Assembly: GCA_049999805.1 (NCBI GenBank)
Contig: JBNGIO010005507.1
Span: 1 to 38,666 of the forward strand
Direction of reading: 5' to 3'
DNA: 38,666 bases
Source of the DNA: Folioceros fuciformis
Lineage: Eukaryota
Of this stretch, positions 1-12,000 are shown piece after piece; position 1 is the stretch's first letter, and each line of letters begins with the position of its first letter. The notes beneath the pieces were generated by a model that was not told where the DNA came from, searched no databases, and saw nothing but the letters and a program-made list of their open reading frames with translations. The translations under genes and the position numbers were made by a program.

Positions 1-100
1 ATTGTGCCCCCACTTCCTTCGCACGATGGATGCAGGACTCAAGAAGGATGGATTTGTTTTTGCCAGAACTTTATTTTGCTTTTAGGGATTGGGCCAGCCC

Positions 101-120
101 AGCACAGCACAGCACAGCAC
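101..120. repeat. (AGCAC)4 pentanucleotide microsatellite
   Basis: agcacagcacagcacagcac read directly. Confidence 0.9.
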
Positions 121-729
121 AGCCCATCCCAGCCAATTCCATCCCAGCTCTGCCCAGTCCACGCCCGAGACATGCTTCTCCATGTTACCTTTTAGCTATC
201 TAGGTCCGTGGCGTTGCTCCCGGTGTCGGCAAGACAAGGCAAGGCAATCCCCGTCCCCATCCGCATCTGCATCTCCAACTTATAAACTATGCATGAGCTT
301 CTTATCATATGATTATATATTCTTTTTATACATACACAAAAGATAATATGGAAAGAATGAACTAGGTACACCAAGCATGGTAAGATGATGTCGGATAAAA
401 GAAGACAAAGAGATTAGGTGCATGTGGAGGTAGATAAAGAGAATTTGATTGGCCAAATAATGAGATAAAAAACGCATCATCCACAAAATGACAAACATCT
501 AGTCAAAGTGGTTCATGCATGATTGAGGGGGTGGCATGATGATGGTGGGGAGAGGAAGGGGGACGGGCAGGGCCTGAGTCTGGGCCAGGAGAGCGAGATG
601 CACACACAGGCCCTGGACACGAGGACTTATTATTGTTGGGACACTAGAGACCACCGCCCCCAAGCTGCTCAAGGGAACCAGTGGCAAAACACCAGTCTAA
701 AGCTTCTTTTATCATACATACATATATGC

Positions 730-747
730 ATATATATATATATATAT
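730..747. repeat. (AT)n dinucleotide microsatellite
   Basis: Run of atatat at 730-747. Confidence 0.9.
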
Positions 748-1090
748 GGGGCATGTGAGAGGAATCGGATGATGCATGGGCTGGGGATCAGGCTACGCTA
801 GGACTGAGGCTGTAGCTGGCTTGGCCTGGCGTAGCGTGGCCTGCCCTGCTGCTGGCCTTTTGCCTGCAATGGGCGCGAATGGCGCCGGACGCAGCCAACT
901 GGCGGGCGCGATGCCTTGTACGGCACCCGCCTCGGCCTGCGGCCAATCGGGAGTCGGGACGCACGCCTAACGTCCAAGGCCCAAGGCCGATGCACGGGGA
1001 GAGGAGAGGAGAGGAGACGAGATGAGGAAAGAGCATATCAGGGCAGAGCAGACGGAAGGAAAGGGGATGAGACGATACAAGGCAAGCGAG

Positions 1091-1110
1091 TAGAGTAGAG
1101 TAGAGTAGAG
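1091..1110. repeat. (TAGAG)4 microsatellite
   Basis: tagagtagagtagagtagag read directly. Confidence 0.9.
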
Positions 1111-1500
1111 GAGAGAAGCGTAGCAGAGGCTGCAACCAGACAGCCAGGAGCCAGGCAGGCAACCAGTAGCACCGGAGGACGGGAGCATTTTACCACCAGC
1201 AGCTAAGGACTGCAGGCCAGCCTGACAATACTACGTACCTATAGCTTCTACTGCTCTCTCTGCTTCCCTTGCCTTCTTCCTTTCCCTCCCTCCGTCTCCC
1301 TGCCTGAACCTGCCTCGTTCCCTCTTTCGCCCCCTACCGCCCTCTGCCCANNNNNNNNNNNNNNNNNNNNNNNNNNNNNNNNNNNNNNNNNNNNNNNNNN
1401 NNNNNNNNNNNNNNNNNNNNNNNNNNNNNNNNNNNNNNNNNNNNNNNNNNACTTCACCCGACCCCTGCCGCACCTCACCCCACGCCAGCCCCAGCGCACA

Positions 1501-1715
1501 CTCGGCTCGGCTCGGCTCGGGTTGGGTTGGGTTCGGTCGCGACGGCACGACACCCCCTCTCCTCCTCCCCCGGGGACCCTTCTCTTTTACTCCCTCCTCG
1601 CTTCTCATCTGCTCCTTCTCTGCTGCCCACTGCCACTCCTCTTTTTTTCCCTTGCTTCCTCGCCTTCTTTTCTCCCTTGCTCTGCTCTGCTCTGCCCAGC
1701 CCAGCCCAGCCCAGC
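1501..1715. repeat. Cluster of pentamer microsatellites (CTCGG)4, (GTTGG)n, (TCTGC)3(CCAGC)4 in a pyrimidine-rich leader region
   Basis: Repeats at 1501-1535 and 1681-1715, upstream of the LRR-RLK ATG. Confidence 0.8.
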
Positions 1716-1794
1716 TGCGCCTGGGCCTGGGCCTGGACCTAGACTGAACTGGACGCTGAGAGCGAGCCATGGGGGACTGGCCTTGGAAGCTGCT

Positions 1795-2079
1795 ATGCAA
1801 CTCCCCACCCGGCGCAGGAACAGGGGCATCGCCGCCGCTCGCACTGCTCTCACATCTGCTGACCACACCACCAGCACTAGCCGCTCGCCCGGGCCCGGCC
1901 GCACTGTCTCCTCGGGCATCGTTGCAACAAGCAGGGCAAGCGCAGGCAGTCATGGAGCACCGGGATCAGCAACATCATCACCAACACCACCGCCTAATGC
2001 AGCATTGCCGCCTCGCGCTCTGTTGCTCTTAGGTTTTTCTTGCGTTGCGCTTGCACTCAACCTTTGGGAGTGCTACTAG
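1795..2079 (+). promoter_or_regulatory. Candidate upstream ORF (94 aa), in frame with the LRR-RLK and ending 6 nt before its ATG
   Basis: ATG at 1795, TAG at 2077-2079, then TTA AGG ATG(2086). A second out-of-frame ATG ORF spans 1769-2032. Transcription start is unknown. Confidence 0.3.
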
Positions 2080-2085
2080 TTAAGG

Positions 2086-5000
2086 ATGGCGAGCTGCTGC
2101 CGCCGGACTTCCTCCACCTTTGGCTTGCTCCCCCCATCCCCTTCTCTTTCCCTTTCCCTCCTCTACCACCTCTTCTTCCTCCTGCTCCTGCTCCTCCTCC
2201 TACCTTCTGCTCTCCACGGCTCCTCGGACCTCTCCACCGATGCCCAGGCCCTCCTCGCATTCAAGCTAGCCGTCGTTGCCGACCCTCAGCAGGTTCTCAG
2301 CTCCTGGAACTCCCAGTCTGCGTCCAACCCTTGCTCTTGGCGGGGCGTCAACTGTTCCACCGCAGCGCCCCAGCAGCAGCGTGTAGTCGGCCTCAATTTG
2401 TCTGGAGCCCAGCTGCTTGGTGAGCTGCCCCCTTCCGCTCTCTCGTCCCTCGATGCCCTGGCTCAGTTATCTCTAGCAGCCAACTCTTTTTATGGTAATC
2501 TCACCGCCCTCCAAGACTTGGCCAACAATGCTTCCTTAGAAGTGCTGGATTTGTCTTCCAATGGATTCCAGGGCCCTATTCCCCTTGCCTTATTCTCCCC
2601 TCGCCTAACCCTCAACCTCTCTAACAATCAGCTGTCCGGCGGCATTCCCCTTCTGTCCTCGCCCCCGCAGTTGCAGATTATCGATCTCTCCAACAACTCT
2701 CTATCCGGTCTATTGCTGCCGGTGCTCTTCCCCTCTGTGGACGAGCCCTCCGTGCTCGTCACTCTCAATCTGTCTCTCAATGGCTTCTCCGGACCAATTC
2801 CCCCGCAGCTCGTCAACAATTGTACCACGCTTCAGGTCATACTCCAATGCCCTTTCGTTGCTTGCTTTTTTTTGTTGGTTACCATTCCCTGCCATGCCAA
2901 CCCCGTGCCCCCCACCTCTACCCCTTCTTTTCTTCTCGTTCTTTTGTTGAGTTTCGCTTTGACCCTTTGTTTTTCCGGGGTTTGCTTTCTCTTTTGAACT
3001 CTTGCTGACTGTAGTTTCCTTCACTCTCTGCTCGTCTCAGGTGCTGGATCTGTCGAGTAATGGATTCATGGGCGTGATGCCACCGGCACCGGGCTTTGGG
3101 AAGTGCGCTCAACTTCGCTACCTCAATCTCTCGAACAATCAATTTTCCGGCTTGGTTCCCTCTGACCTGCTGCTACCCTCCGGCCTGCTGTCTGTCGATG
3201 TTTCCAACAATAACCTCACCGGCTCCTTGGCCCCAAGCAGATGCCCGCAGAACCTGGCCGTCTTGAACATGGCCCGGAATCATCTTTCTGACCTTGCTTG
3301 GCTCAACTTCACTGTTTGCACTTCTCTTGAATTTCTCGATCTGTCGGGAAACGGCTTGAATGGACAATTCCTAGACGGAATTGGATCCGGATCACTGCCA
3401 CCCTCTCCCTCCAATCTCCGTGTCTTCCACATGGCTGACAACAATCTGTCTGGCACTATTCCACCGCAGTTTCCTGTCTTGTTCCCCTTTTTGCAAGACC
3501 TGGATTTGTCTTTCAACCTTTTGGGAGGTCCTGTGCTATCCTTACCTTTACCTACTCTGGTCTCCCTCAACCTGGCTAACAACAACTTCTCAGGTGACCT
3601 TCCCCTGCCCCTCATCTATGACTTGTGTGCAGCCAAGCTCCAGTATCTGATGTTGGCCTTCAACAATTTCACCGGTGAGCTGCCGGACTCCTTTCTGTCC
3701 AAGTGCTCTCAACTGAAGGTGTTGGATCTGAGCGCCAACGGCATTAGTGGAACGGTGCCTGCTGACTTTTGCCCGGCGGATGCCATCCCAGCTATCCAGG
3801 TTTTTTCTGTTCCTAACAACGCCATCTATGGTCAAATCCCGGCTGGGCTGGCAAACTGCAGGAACCTCAAGACCTTAGACCTGAGCTTCAACTTCATGAG
3901 CGGGCCCATCCCTCCCGAATTAGGTTCCCTAGAGTACTTGGAGTACTTATACCTTTGGTCCAATCAACTCAATGGCTCCATTCCGTCATCTCTGGGCAAT
4001 TGCGGCAGGTTGAAAGGTCTGGTTCTCAACTACAATCTTCTCACGGGGGCGGTCCCCCCCGAGCTGTCCAAGTGCTCCGAGCTCTTGTGGCTGTCGCTCA
4101 ACACCAACCTTCTGAGCGGTGAAATTCCCAAAGAGATAGGACTGATGCAGAAGCTGGCTCTCCTTCAGCTGGGGAACAACTCCCTAATCGGCAGTATCCC
4201 CAGGGAGCTGTCCAACTGCACCGGGCTGGTGTGGTTGGACGTCAACAGGAACCAGCTCACCGGCCCCATCCCGTCCCCTATAGGACGACGAGAGTTCAAG
4301 TCGGAGATCAACCCGGACCTGGAGAACTTCAGGTTTGCCTTCGTGAAGAACATCGGACCCAACTGTCAAGGCATTGGGGGCCTAATGGAGTTTTCGGGGA
4401 TACGGCTGGAGGAGCTGCTGTCCCCTCGTCTAATATCGTGCAACTTCACGCTGCTCTTCAGCGGGCCCAACAACTTCTACAACTGGAGGAATGACTCGAG
4501 TATCGAGTATATGGACATGTCCTTCAACATGTTGGAGGGCCCCATTCCTGATGACTTCGGCAACATGAAAGCTCTGCATGTGCTCAACCTCGCGCACAAC
4601 AGGTTGAACGGGACGTTGCCGGAGTCCCTTGGCAACAGCATCGCCTTGGAATCCCTGACGCTGTCGTACAACCAGTTCACAGGCGGCATACCGACGTCCT
4701 TCGCCATGCTCAGTTTCCTGTCGTGGTTTGACGTGTCCAACAACCAGCTGAGCGGCCAGATCCCGCAGGGCGGCCAGCTGGACACCTTCCCGGCGTGGGT
4801 GTATGCGAACAATTCAGGGCTGTGCGGGCTGACGGTGCTGGGACTGCCCCCGTGCGGCGGCAACGCCAGCGGCCATGGAGGCGATTTGGCGGGCACGGGC
4901 AGACACAAGCGGCGGGAAGCGCTGGCGCCCTGGGCCACGAGCCTGCTGCTGGCGTTCCTCATTAGCTCGGGCCTGGTTGTGGTGATCCTGGTGTGGTGGG

Positions 5001-6205
5001 TGTGGACGGGGCGGCGCCTCCCGTGGAAGCAGCTGCGGCACCGGGGCTCCCTGGAGACGGGGCATGACCGGATACCCACCTGGAATGCAGCGGATTGGAA
5101 GAGCGGGTATGGGCGGGAGCCGCTGAGCATCAATGTGGCCACCTTCGAGCGACCTCTGCGGCGGCTCACGTTTGCCAATTTGCTGGAGGCCACCAACGGC
5201 TTCAGCGAGGAGAGCATCATCGGAGCCGGTGGTTTCGGCGAGGTGTATAAGGCGGAGTTGCCCGATGGGACTGTGGCCGTGAAGAAGCTCATCCACTCCA
5301 GCTTTCAGGGCGACAGGGAGTTCACGGCGGAGATGGAGACGCTGGGCAAGATCAAACACCACAACCTTGTGCCTCTCTTGGGCTACTGCAAGGTTGGCGA
5401 GGAGCGTCTACTAGTGTACGAGTTCATGGCTTGCGGCAGCCTAGAGCACATACTGCACGACCGGGAGCAGGCGGTGGGGGTGGACAAGCTGCTGCATCTG
5501 CAGNNNNNNNNNNNNNNNNNNNNNNNNNNNNNNNNNNNNNNNNNNNNNNNNNNNNNNNNNNNNNNNNNNNNNNNNNNNNNNNNNNNNNNNNNNNNNNNNN
5601 NNNTGGGCAACAGCGGCCTGCTCACCCCTCCCCTGCGCATCGAGTTCGACTGGGAGCTGCGGCGGCAGGTGGCCATGGGCGCCGCCCGTGGCCTCGCCTT
5701 TCTGCACCACAACTGCATCCCGCACATCATCCACCGCGACATGAAGTCCAGCAACGTGCTCCTGGACCGTCACTTGGTGGCCCGCGTCTCCGACTTCGGA
5801 ATGGCACGCCTCATCAGCGCTTCGGACACGCACCTGTCCGTGAGCACGCTGGCCGGCACCCCCGGCTACGTCCCGCCCGAGTACTACCAGAGCTTCCGTT
5901 GCACCACCAAGGGCGACGTCTACAGCTTCGGCGTGGTGCTGCTGGAGTTGCTCACCGGCAAGCGGCCCACCAACAAGGAGGAGTTCGGTGACAGTAACCT
6001 TGTGGGCTGGGTGAAACTCCTGCTGGCCCAGAAGCGTAGCACGGAGGTGCTGGATCCCGATCTCAGAGGAAACGGCATGGAGCAGGACATGCTGCAGCAC
6101 CTTCGCATCGCGTGCATGTGTGTGGAGGATGTGCCATCTCACAGGCCCACCATGCTCCAGGTGGTGGCCATGTTCAAAGAGTTGCATCTGGATAACGCCT
6201 CCTGA
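2086..6205 (+). CDS. BRL2: BRI1/BRL-family (BRL2/VH1-like) LRR receptor kinase; join(2086..2835,3041..6205), ~1300 aa including an N gap
   Basis: Signal peptide, LRRNT (SWN...PCSWRGVNC), many LxLSxNxxxGxIP repeats. Island domain [24 protein letters not shown]...CNFT at ~4285-4497. Paired Cys, TM helix, juxtamembrane [32 protein letters not shown] kinase with [22 protein letters not shown] and [28 protein letters not shown] phase-0 GT..AG intron at 2836-3040 restores [12 protein letters not shown]. Family is secure; the BRL2 subclade call rests on recalled island-domain similarity. Confidence 0.93.
5504..5603. other. Assembly gap (100 N) inside the kinase-coding region; other gaps at 1351-1450, 7550-7649, 17610-17709, 19026-19425 and 26006-26015
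   Basis: Runs of N; the round 100-N lengths suggest placeholders of unknown size. Confidence 0.95.
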
Positions 6206-6916
6206 TTCCCTCCTCATTCCATGCCTCTACCAACCACGTCAATTTGTAACATACTATATTTACTATCCACTGTCTTCTGTCTACCCCCTACCTTCGCCTA
6301 TATGTTATTTATGTATATGCACATACACTGCAGGTATTGGTTTGCTCCAAAGCTGTCGCTACTGCTCACTGCTGCTCTCCGAAACTGCACAACCGGCACT
6401 CTGCTATTGTATTTCACATCCTTTCTCGCTACCTAGCTATGTCCGTCTAGGGCCAGGTCAGCTCACCTACTAGGTAGTACGGTATGAAAGTGCCTACTGC
6501 TACTGCATCTGCGCCGTCTTACAACCTTCTTTCACACTTTCACTGACTTATCTCTTTTCCCCGTAATGCAAAACACAACGTTGTGGACGACAGGCAAACC
6601 CGATCTTCCACTCAATCTATCAAACGCAAGCTCTTTATCTCGCAACCCAACTTGGGCCGATAACATATAAATACAAGGGGCTCACCCCTGTACGGAGCCT
6701 GTCTCTTATACACTCGACAAGATCGGTGGCGCACCACCCCCACCCAACGAACCTCTTAAAAGCCCAGGTCACCAAGAAAAACTACTCCGACATGCATGGG
6801 TGGGCTTCACCACATTCTACTACATGTTGTCAATGCACCAGGCGCCAATATCAAAGGCGTCAGTGCGCTTCACTGCCTGCGGTCTAGACCCTTTTAAGGT
6901 TTTTACCGTAACCACC

Positions 6917-8660
6917 CTAGCCAACTGCAGAAACCTTTTGCCCATCATCGATGAAAAAGATTGCTGACTCTGGAATCTGCAAAAAATTTCACGTGACAGC
7001 GTGATTCAGAATAAAATCTTACACCCTAGCTAGACTCACTCACCATTTCCACCCAACACTTAAACACGGCATAATATGCTCACGTGTTCCCAGGTCTCTG
7101 TGATGAAATCTATGATGTCCAATGTTATATCTCCTTGGACGTCGATCTGTTCTTTCTCTGTTGGACCCTGCAAACAACATCAGCGATGAGCGGCATCCGT
7201 AACGGCATACTTGGAAGGCAAAATGTTCACCAGGCCAGCACATGTCACACACGAGAAAATATGTGTATACATCCAAGCCTACGCACGTCCACCCTTCAGA
7301 CATCCAGAACAAAATCACCAAAACCTTTGCCCACCTTCACTACGGATGCTCCACTGGCAAATTTTTTGCCAAACTTCTTAGAAGCTTCGCTCAACTTTAT
7401 GCCTGATATTCATGAAGCAGGACAAGCATCAGAAGCCATAGAACCACTCACCACCTCAAGAAGCTCTCGACTACGAGCAAAGATGCGCAACACAGCCAAT
7501 TGTGTTTTTTTCTCATGAGACGGTGAATGCCTCTCCGACCCCCTTGCCCNNNNNNNNNNNNNNNNNNNNNNNNNNNNNNNNNNNNNNNNNNNNNNNNNNN
7601 NNNNNNNNNNNNNNNNNNNNNNNNNNNNNNNNNNNNNNNNNNNNNNNNNTCCCCCCCGGCACCCTGTGCTGTAGAGGTGAATATCCGGTGCCAGTTACAA
7701 CTTGTAGCAGCAATCAGCTACCTACCAAACAAATCAAGCCCTCGTACTATCGTCAGACATTTGCGCTTGTTCCTAACAACCTTCTCCACTATAATCTCTG
7801 CTTTCTCCTGCATCGATAACAAGCAAAAAAATCCTTACTGTCCACAAGCCATCACCGAACGTCTGCATCGCATAACTCATCAAGTTGCATCCGCTTCCCT
7901 ACCGCTTGCAAATCTATGGACAACAGACCTCCCGTAGGCTCCAGGACTAGTTCCACTCTTGGCTTCCTCGTGAGGAAGAAATGATCATTTTTTGGAGAAG
8001 GAATCCAGGAACAATCAGGTGAGCAGTATTCTAACCTTTTTCTTCACCTTGCCGCCTGGCAATTTCTTCACTTCCTCTGGAGGCTTACTCTCCGCGCTAC
8101 TTCCTAAGTGGTTCATTTGTATCAATAGTCACACTAAACCGAGCCAGAACAAACTTGTGCACTCGGTACTTCACCTACCGCTCTTTCCGTCACGTTTGTC
8201 CGCGCACAGTGCCAACGCCTCAATCTGCTCCGCTGCAGCCTCTGCACATCACATCACATCACAGCCGCAAGGTATGGAACGGATGATCACAAGACGCGCA
8301 GAATTTGATGAAAAGTATAACAATGCAATACTACCTTTCACCACGTCGGGATACAAGTCAGGTGCATTCTCAATAAGCCAAGGCTTGCACTTGGCGAAGT
8401 CGGGGCCAAATTCGCAGTATTCGGCTGGCAAGCTGCAAACTGTTGAAATCTGAGAGGCACGTCACGACACGACACGACTACAAAATCATCTACGGACCAT
8501 CAACAACAAGCAACCGAGGGCCACGAGGGTTTGTGATCGGATATGCGGAAAGAAAGAAATCCCGCCTCCCGGTTAAAGGCAGAAGGTGTCCCGGTCAAGG
8601 GCCGGAGGAATACAAACCAGAGCAATAGAGGACTCTCACAGGCTGCAACCGCTCAGCCAT
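6917..8660 (-). CDS. DENR: DENR/TMA22 translation reinitiation and ribosome recycling factor (SUI1 domain), 8 exons, 190 aa: 8660-8618, 8439-8335, 8241-8179, 8103-8036, 7807-7726, 7402-7335, 7167-7084, 6976-6917
   Basis: Spliced translation [36 protein letters not shown]...[72 protein letters not shown]...; all introns GT-AG; exon lengths sum to 573 nt, in frame. Confidence 0.95.
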
Positions 8661-9098
8661 GGTGGACGAATGCTGCGCGCTCAAGCAGACCCAACCAGCT
8701 TACTTTGCCTCCCTACCTAGTGTTTCACAACGTTTTACATATTTGTAAGTACCTAAAACACGAAGGTTTTTATTAAGGAACAAGGAGTAGGTTATGTACT
8801 TCCACAGTGTCGCACTCCAATAGGTGGATGTGTACCTCGCGAGCAGTCTGTTTTGATATTTCTAAGCCTGTCGCCTCTTCTTACAAAAATAAATTGTACG
8901 TAACTTAACATAAGCTGCGTAGTCGTTCAACACTAGGCTCTCCGTGTCAGGCCTCATTGCCCTCCCTTGGCGGCCTCGGCTGCCTTCAAGGCCGCGGCCG
9001 CCCTGCCGCTGCGGTCGCCATGCTGCCTTGGAGATCTTGTGGGCTGTGTTTCGCTCCCGTAATCTTCCGATAATGCGCATCATCTGGTCAGGGGCAAC

Positions 9099-12000
9099 AT
9101 GGGCAGCACAGAGGAAACTGACAGGAAAAGGCGCAACCACAACAACCATTCCGTCTCTCCTCCTCTCAAGAAGCAACTCGTCGGCCCGCACCCGGATGAC
9201 AAGAAGGTCAGCTCTTGTGCCGGCGGCTTCGTCAGTCCTCTCCGTTTTAGTCCCGACGTTCGTGGGTTTTTTTTTTTTTTTTTCCCGGTCTTATCTGAAA
9301 GGTAGGCTGGGCTCCTCTACACACGGGTCTCACTTTGTTGTGTAGGCTATCCTTGGGTGATGGGCTCTTTGAGCGTCTTTTCGTGTGTCATTCATGCCCA
9401 AATGCCAGTTCGACGCCTAACACCTCGGACACCTACAGCTCGATGCTGCAATGCTACAGTATCAGAACCACAAACTTGCGCAGCAGCTGGACGTTCAGCG
9501 AGCTGAAATTCATGCCTTGGAGAGCAATTGTAACGAGCTCAGGGCTAAGCAAGCCTCTTATGACGATACTCTACTCACAGTCAATTCTGCTTGGAATCTG
9601 GTCTGTTGCCTTTTTCTCTTTCGTTCGCAAGTGCCCGAGTTATACTCTTTAGGGTTCTCCAGGTTTCTTCTCGCTTCTGTGAGATATTCAACTTATGTAG
9701 CCACTTGCTGTGCGCAGTTGGTGGACGACTTGGAGCTGCTAGCTGTCCGTGTTAATGCGTCCCCGAATGGGCTTAGGGTTCTGGATTCATCCGCATCAAA
9801 TAACGGCAAGAAATCTGTACCGAACTCTTTCATTCTCTTTTCTTTTGGTGTGATGTGAACAGCTCCCTTGTGGGTTTGGACGGTACTGGTGGGGTAATAC
9901 TCTTTTGCTCTTGTCGCTTGTGGATGCAGATAGGCGGAGTCCCTCTGTTCCCTCGGAGGAAACGTTTTTGCATCGCCTGTTAGATACAGGAGCTACTGAG
10001 AGCAGTAACAGTGTGGAGTCAGCGCTAGCCAATAGAAGAGCCTCAACTGTGAAAACAATGCAGTTTCTGGTACAGGCCATTGATCTACAGCGGGCTAGAA
10101 ACGATGACCTTTCACGTGTATGCTGTGATCGTGTTTCAAGCGACGGTCAGTCTAGCAACAAGCATGCCTTTTGTTTGCCTGTTTTAGTTTCCATGTTCTC
10201 GCTGTCACTCTAAGCAAGAGGATACTGGTTCTGCTTCTGTGCTGCTGTATACCTGGTGGCCAGAGATCCTTTGGGCTCGAGGTTTATTTGAAGTCCTCAC
10301 AGGGTGCAGTGTCTAAATCTGAGCAGAACAAGTTTCCATGCTGTTGGCGATGTGTGCAGTCTATAATTGTTTTGGTCTTTGTTGATGAGGACATTTTAAG
10401 GGATATTTTACTTTTTCTGATACAGAAGCAGGGCTCCTACTGAAGAGAGTGTATGAAGAGCTTCAATCCGAGACTCTGATGTTGCGGTCGGCTATGGACG
10501 CCCTCCACTTAAAACACAGAGACATTTCTTTGGAGATAGGCGCTTTGAGGGACACTAATGCAAAAGATCAGTGCACAATCAAGCAGCTATCAGGTAGTGA
10601 CAAATGTCATCGTCCATCAGCTGACTGTTGAATGAAACTAGATGATCTTCATGTTCCTTGTTGCCTACGAGGTCCTGAGAGGAACTTCATTGTTAGGTGT
10701 TCATTTCTATGCTTGCAATGCAGGTTTATCATTGTCGTACCGATCTTTCCCTTGAAATTTGTGTTGCTTCATTTATGTTATGTTCATTTCCTTATTGTAG
10801 ATGAATTGGAAGAGGCGGCAGCAGCTTTAGAGGTTAGCAGGCGAAAGCTGGCTACGCTGCGTAGTGAGAAAGATCTTGCCCAGCCACTGCATGTGTTGCC
10901 AGCTGTGAAAATTGAGTCCAAAGACGCAACAGCCTTGGTTAAAGTGGTGGGAGATGTAGGCGATATGGATAGTTCTCTGGAAGAGGCCAAGGTGCATGGT
11001 TCTGACATAGCCGTGGATGCCGGGGTGCTTCTCTGGCAGCTTGCTTTAAGGGGCTGTTTCCGCAGGAGTCCTCACACACAGCTCCACTCTTCTGTAACAA
11101 TTTGGGTCTTTGGTGTTTTGCAGGGTCTAGCTGCACAGAGGCTCGCCGAGTTGGAGGAGTCACACCAGGCTCAATTGAATCTTACGCAACGGCTCCATGA
11201 GATGGAGGTGTGAACCAGCAACTCATCTTGTTGGTGGCTGTCACAGGATGGGTAATTCATGCAAGTAAAAGGGATATTTTGCTTGGAAATGGCAGGCCAA
11301 ACTGTATGACGAGCAGCATATTGTGTCTTCTCGACCTTACAGTCTACTCAGTGAGCAACTGCAGTGTCTGAAAGGTGACCTAGACCGATACCGAAATCTG
11401 GTTGACCAACTTCAGGTGTGGTTTTGCCTTTGTACCATTTTATTTCATAACAAGCTTTTGTGCTGTAAGCTGCTCAATCTTTTAAGCCTACCATAAGAGG
11501 TTCTGCCCTGTAGGCTGAGCGAGAGCATGCTCTGCGTCGCGAGAGGGAATACCTGCTCAAAATTGAAGCAGCTGAATCTGTGCGAAAGGCAAATGTTGTC
11601 TCGGAAGCCAGTGTTGTTGATCTTGAGGAGAAGCTGCAGCAATGCATGGCAGATCGAGACAGGTTGCAGTTAAAATTGGAGGAGGTTGCTCAGGCTGCTG
11701 GTACGTTCAAAAAGGTTTCAGCAATACCTTGACCTGCACATGGGGACCATGTATAGTGGTGTCTTGCTCAAGTTTGGGACATTGTCGTGGTCAAGGACAC
11801 ACTCTGAGTGTGTGGCGGGTATATTTGAAATAGTCCCAGTTGCTAGGTCCTCTGTCTCGAGCAAATGTATATGGATCATTTGGTTTGGCATTTGAAGGGA
11901 GGAAAGAGACAGTGGGAGAATTGAAGGTAATGGTGACAACTTTGCACAAGGAAATAAGTATGCTTCAAGGTCAGCTGAAGAAGTACAAAGCTGCAGCCCA

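Noticed and set aside
4-1953. Many 60-240 aa ORFs upstream of the receptor
   Set aside because: Low-complexity translations of microsatellites and GC-rich sequence, some spanning an N gap
2077-2079. Stop-codon removal by U-to-C RNA editing fusing the uORF to the receptor
   Set aside because: Such editing is organellar, not nuclear, and the ATG at 2086 already precedes a good signal peptide
4477-6217. Long minus-strand ORFs opposite the receptor kinase
   Set aside because: Shadow ORFs expected from GC-rich third codon positions; no recognisable domains
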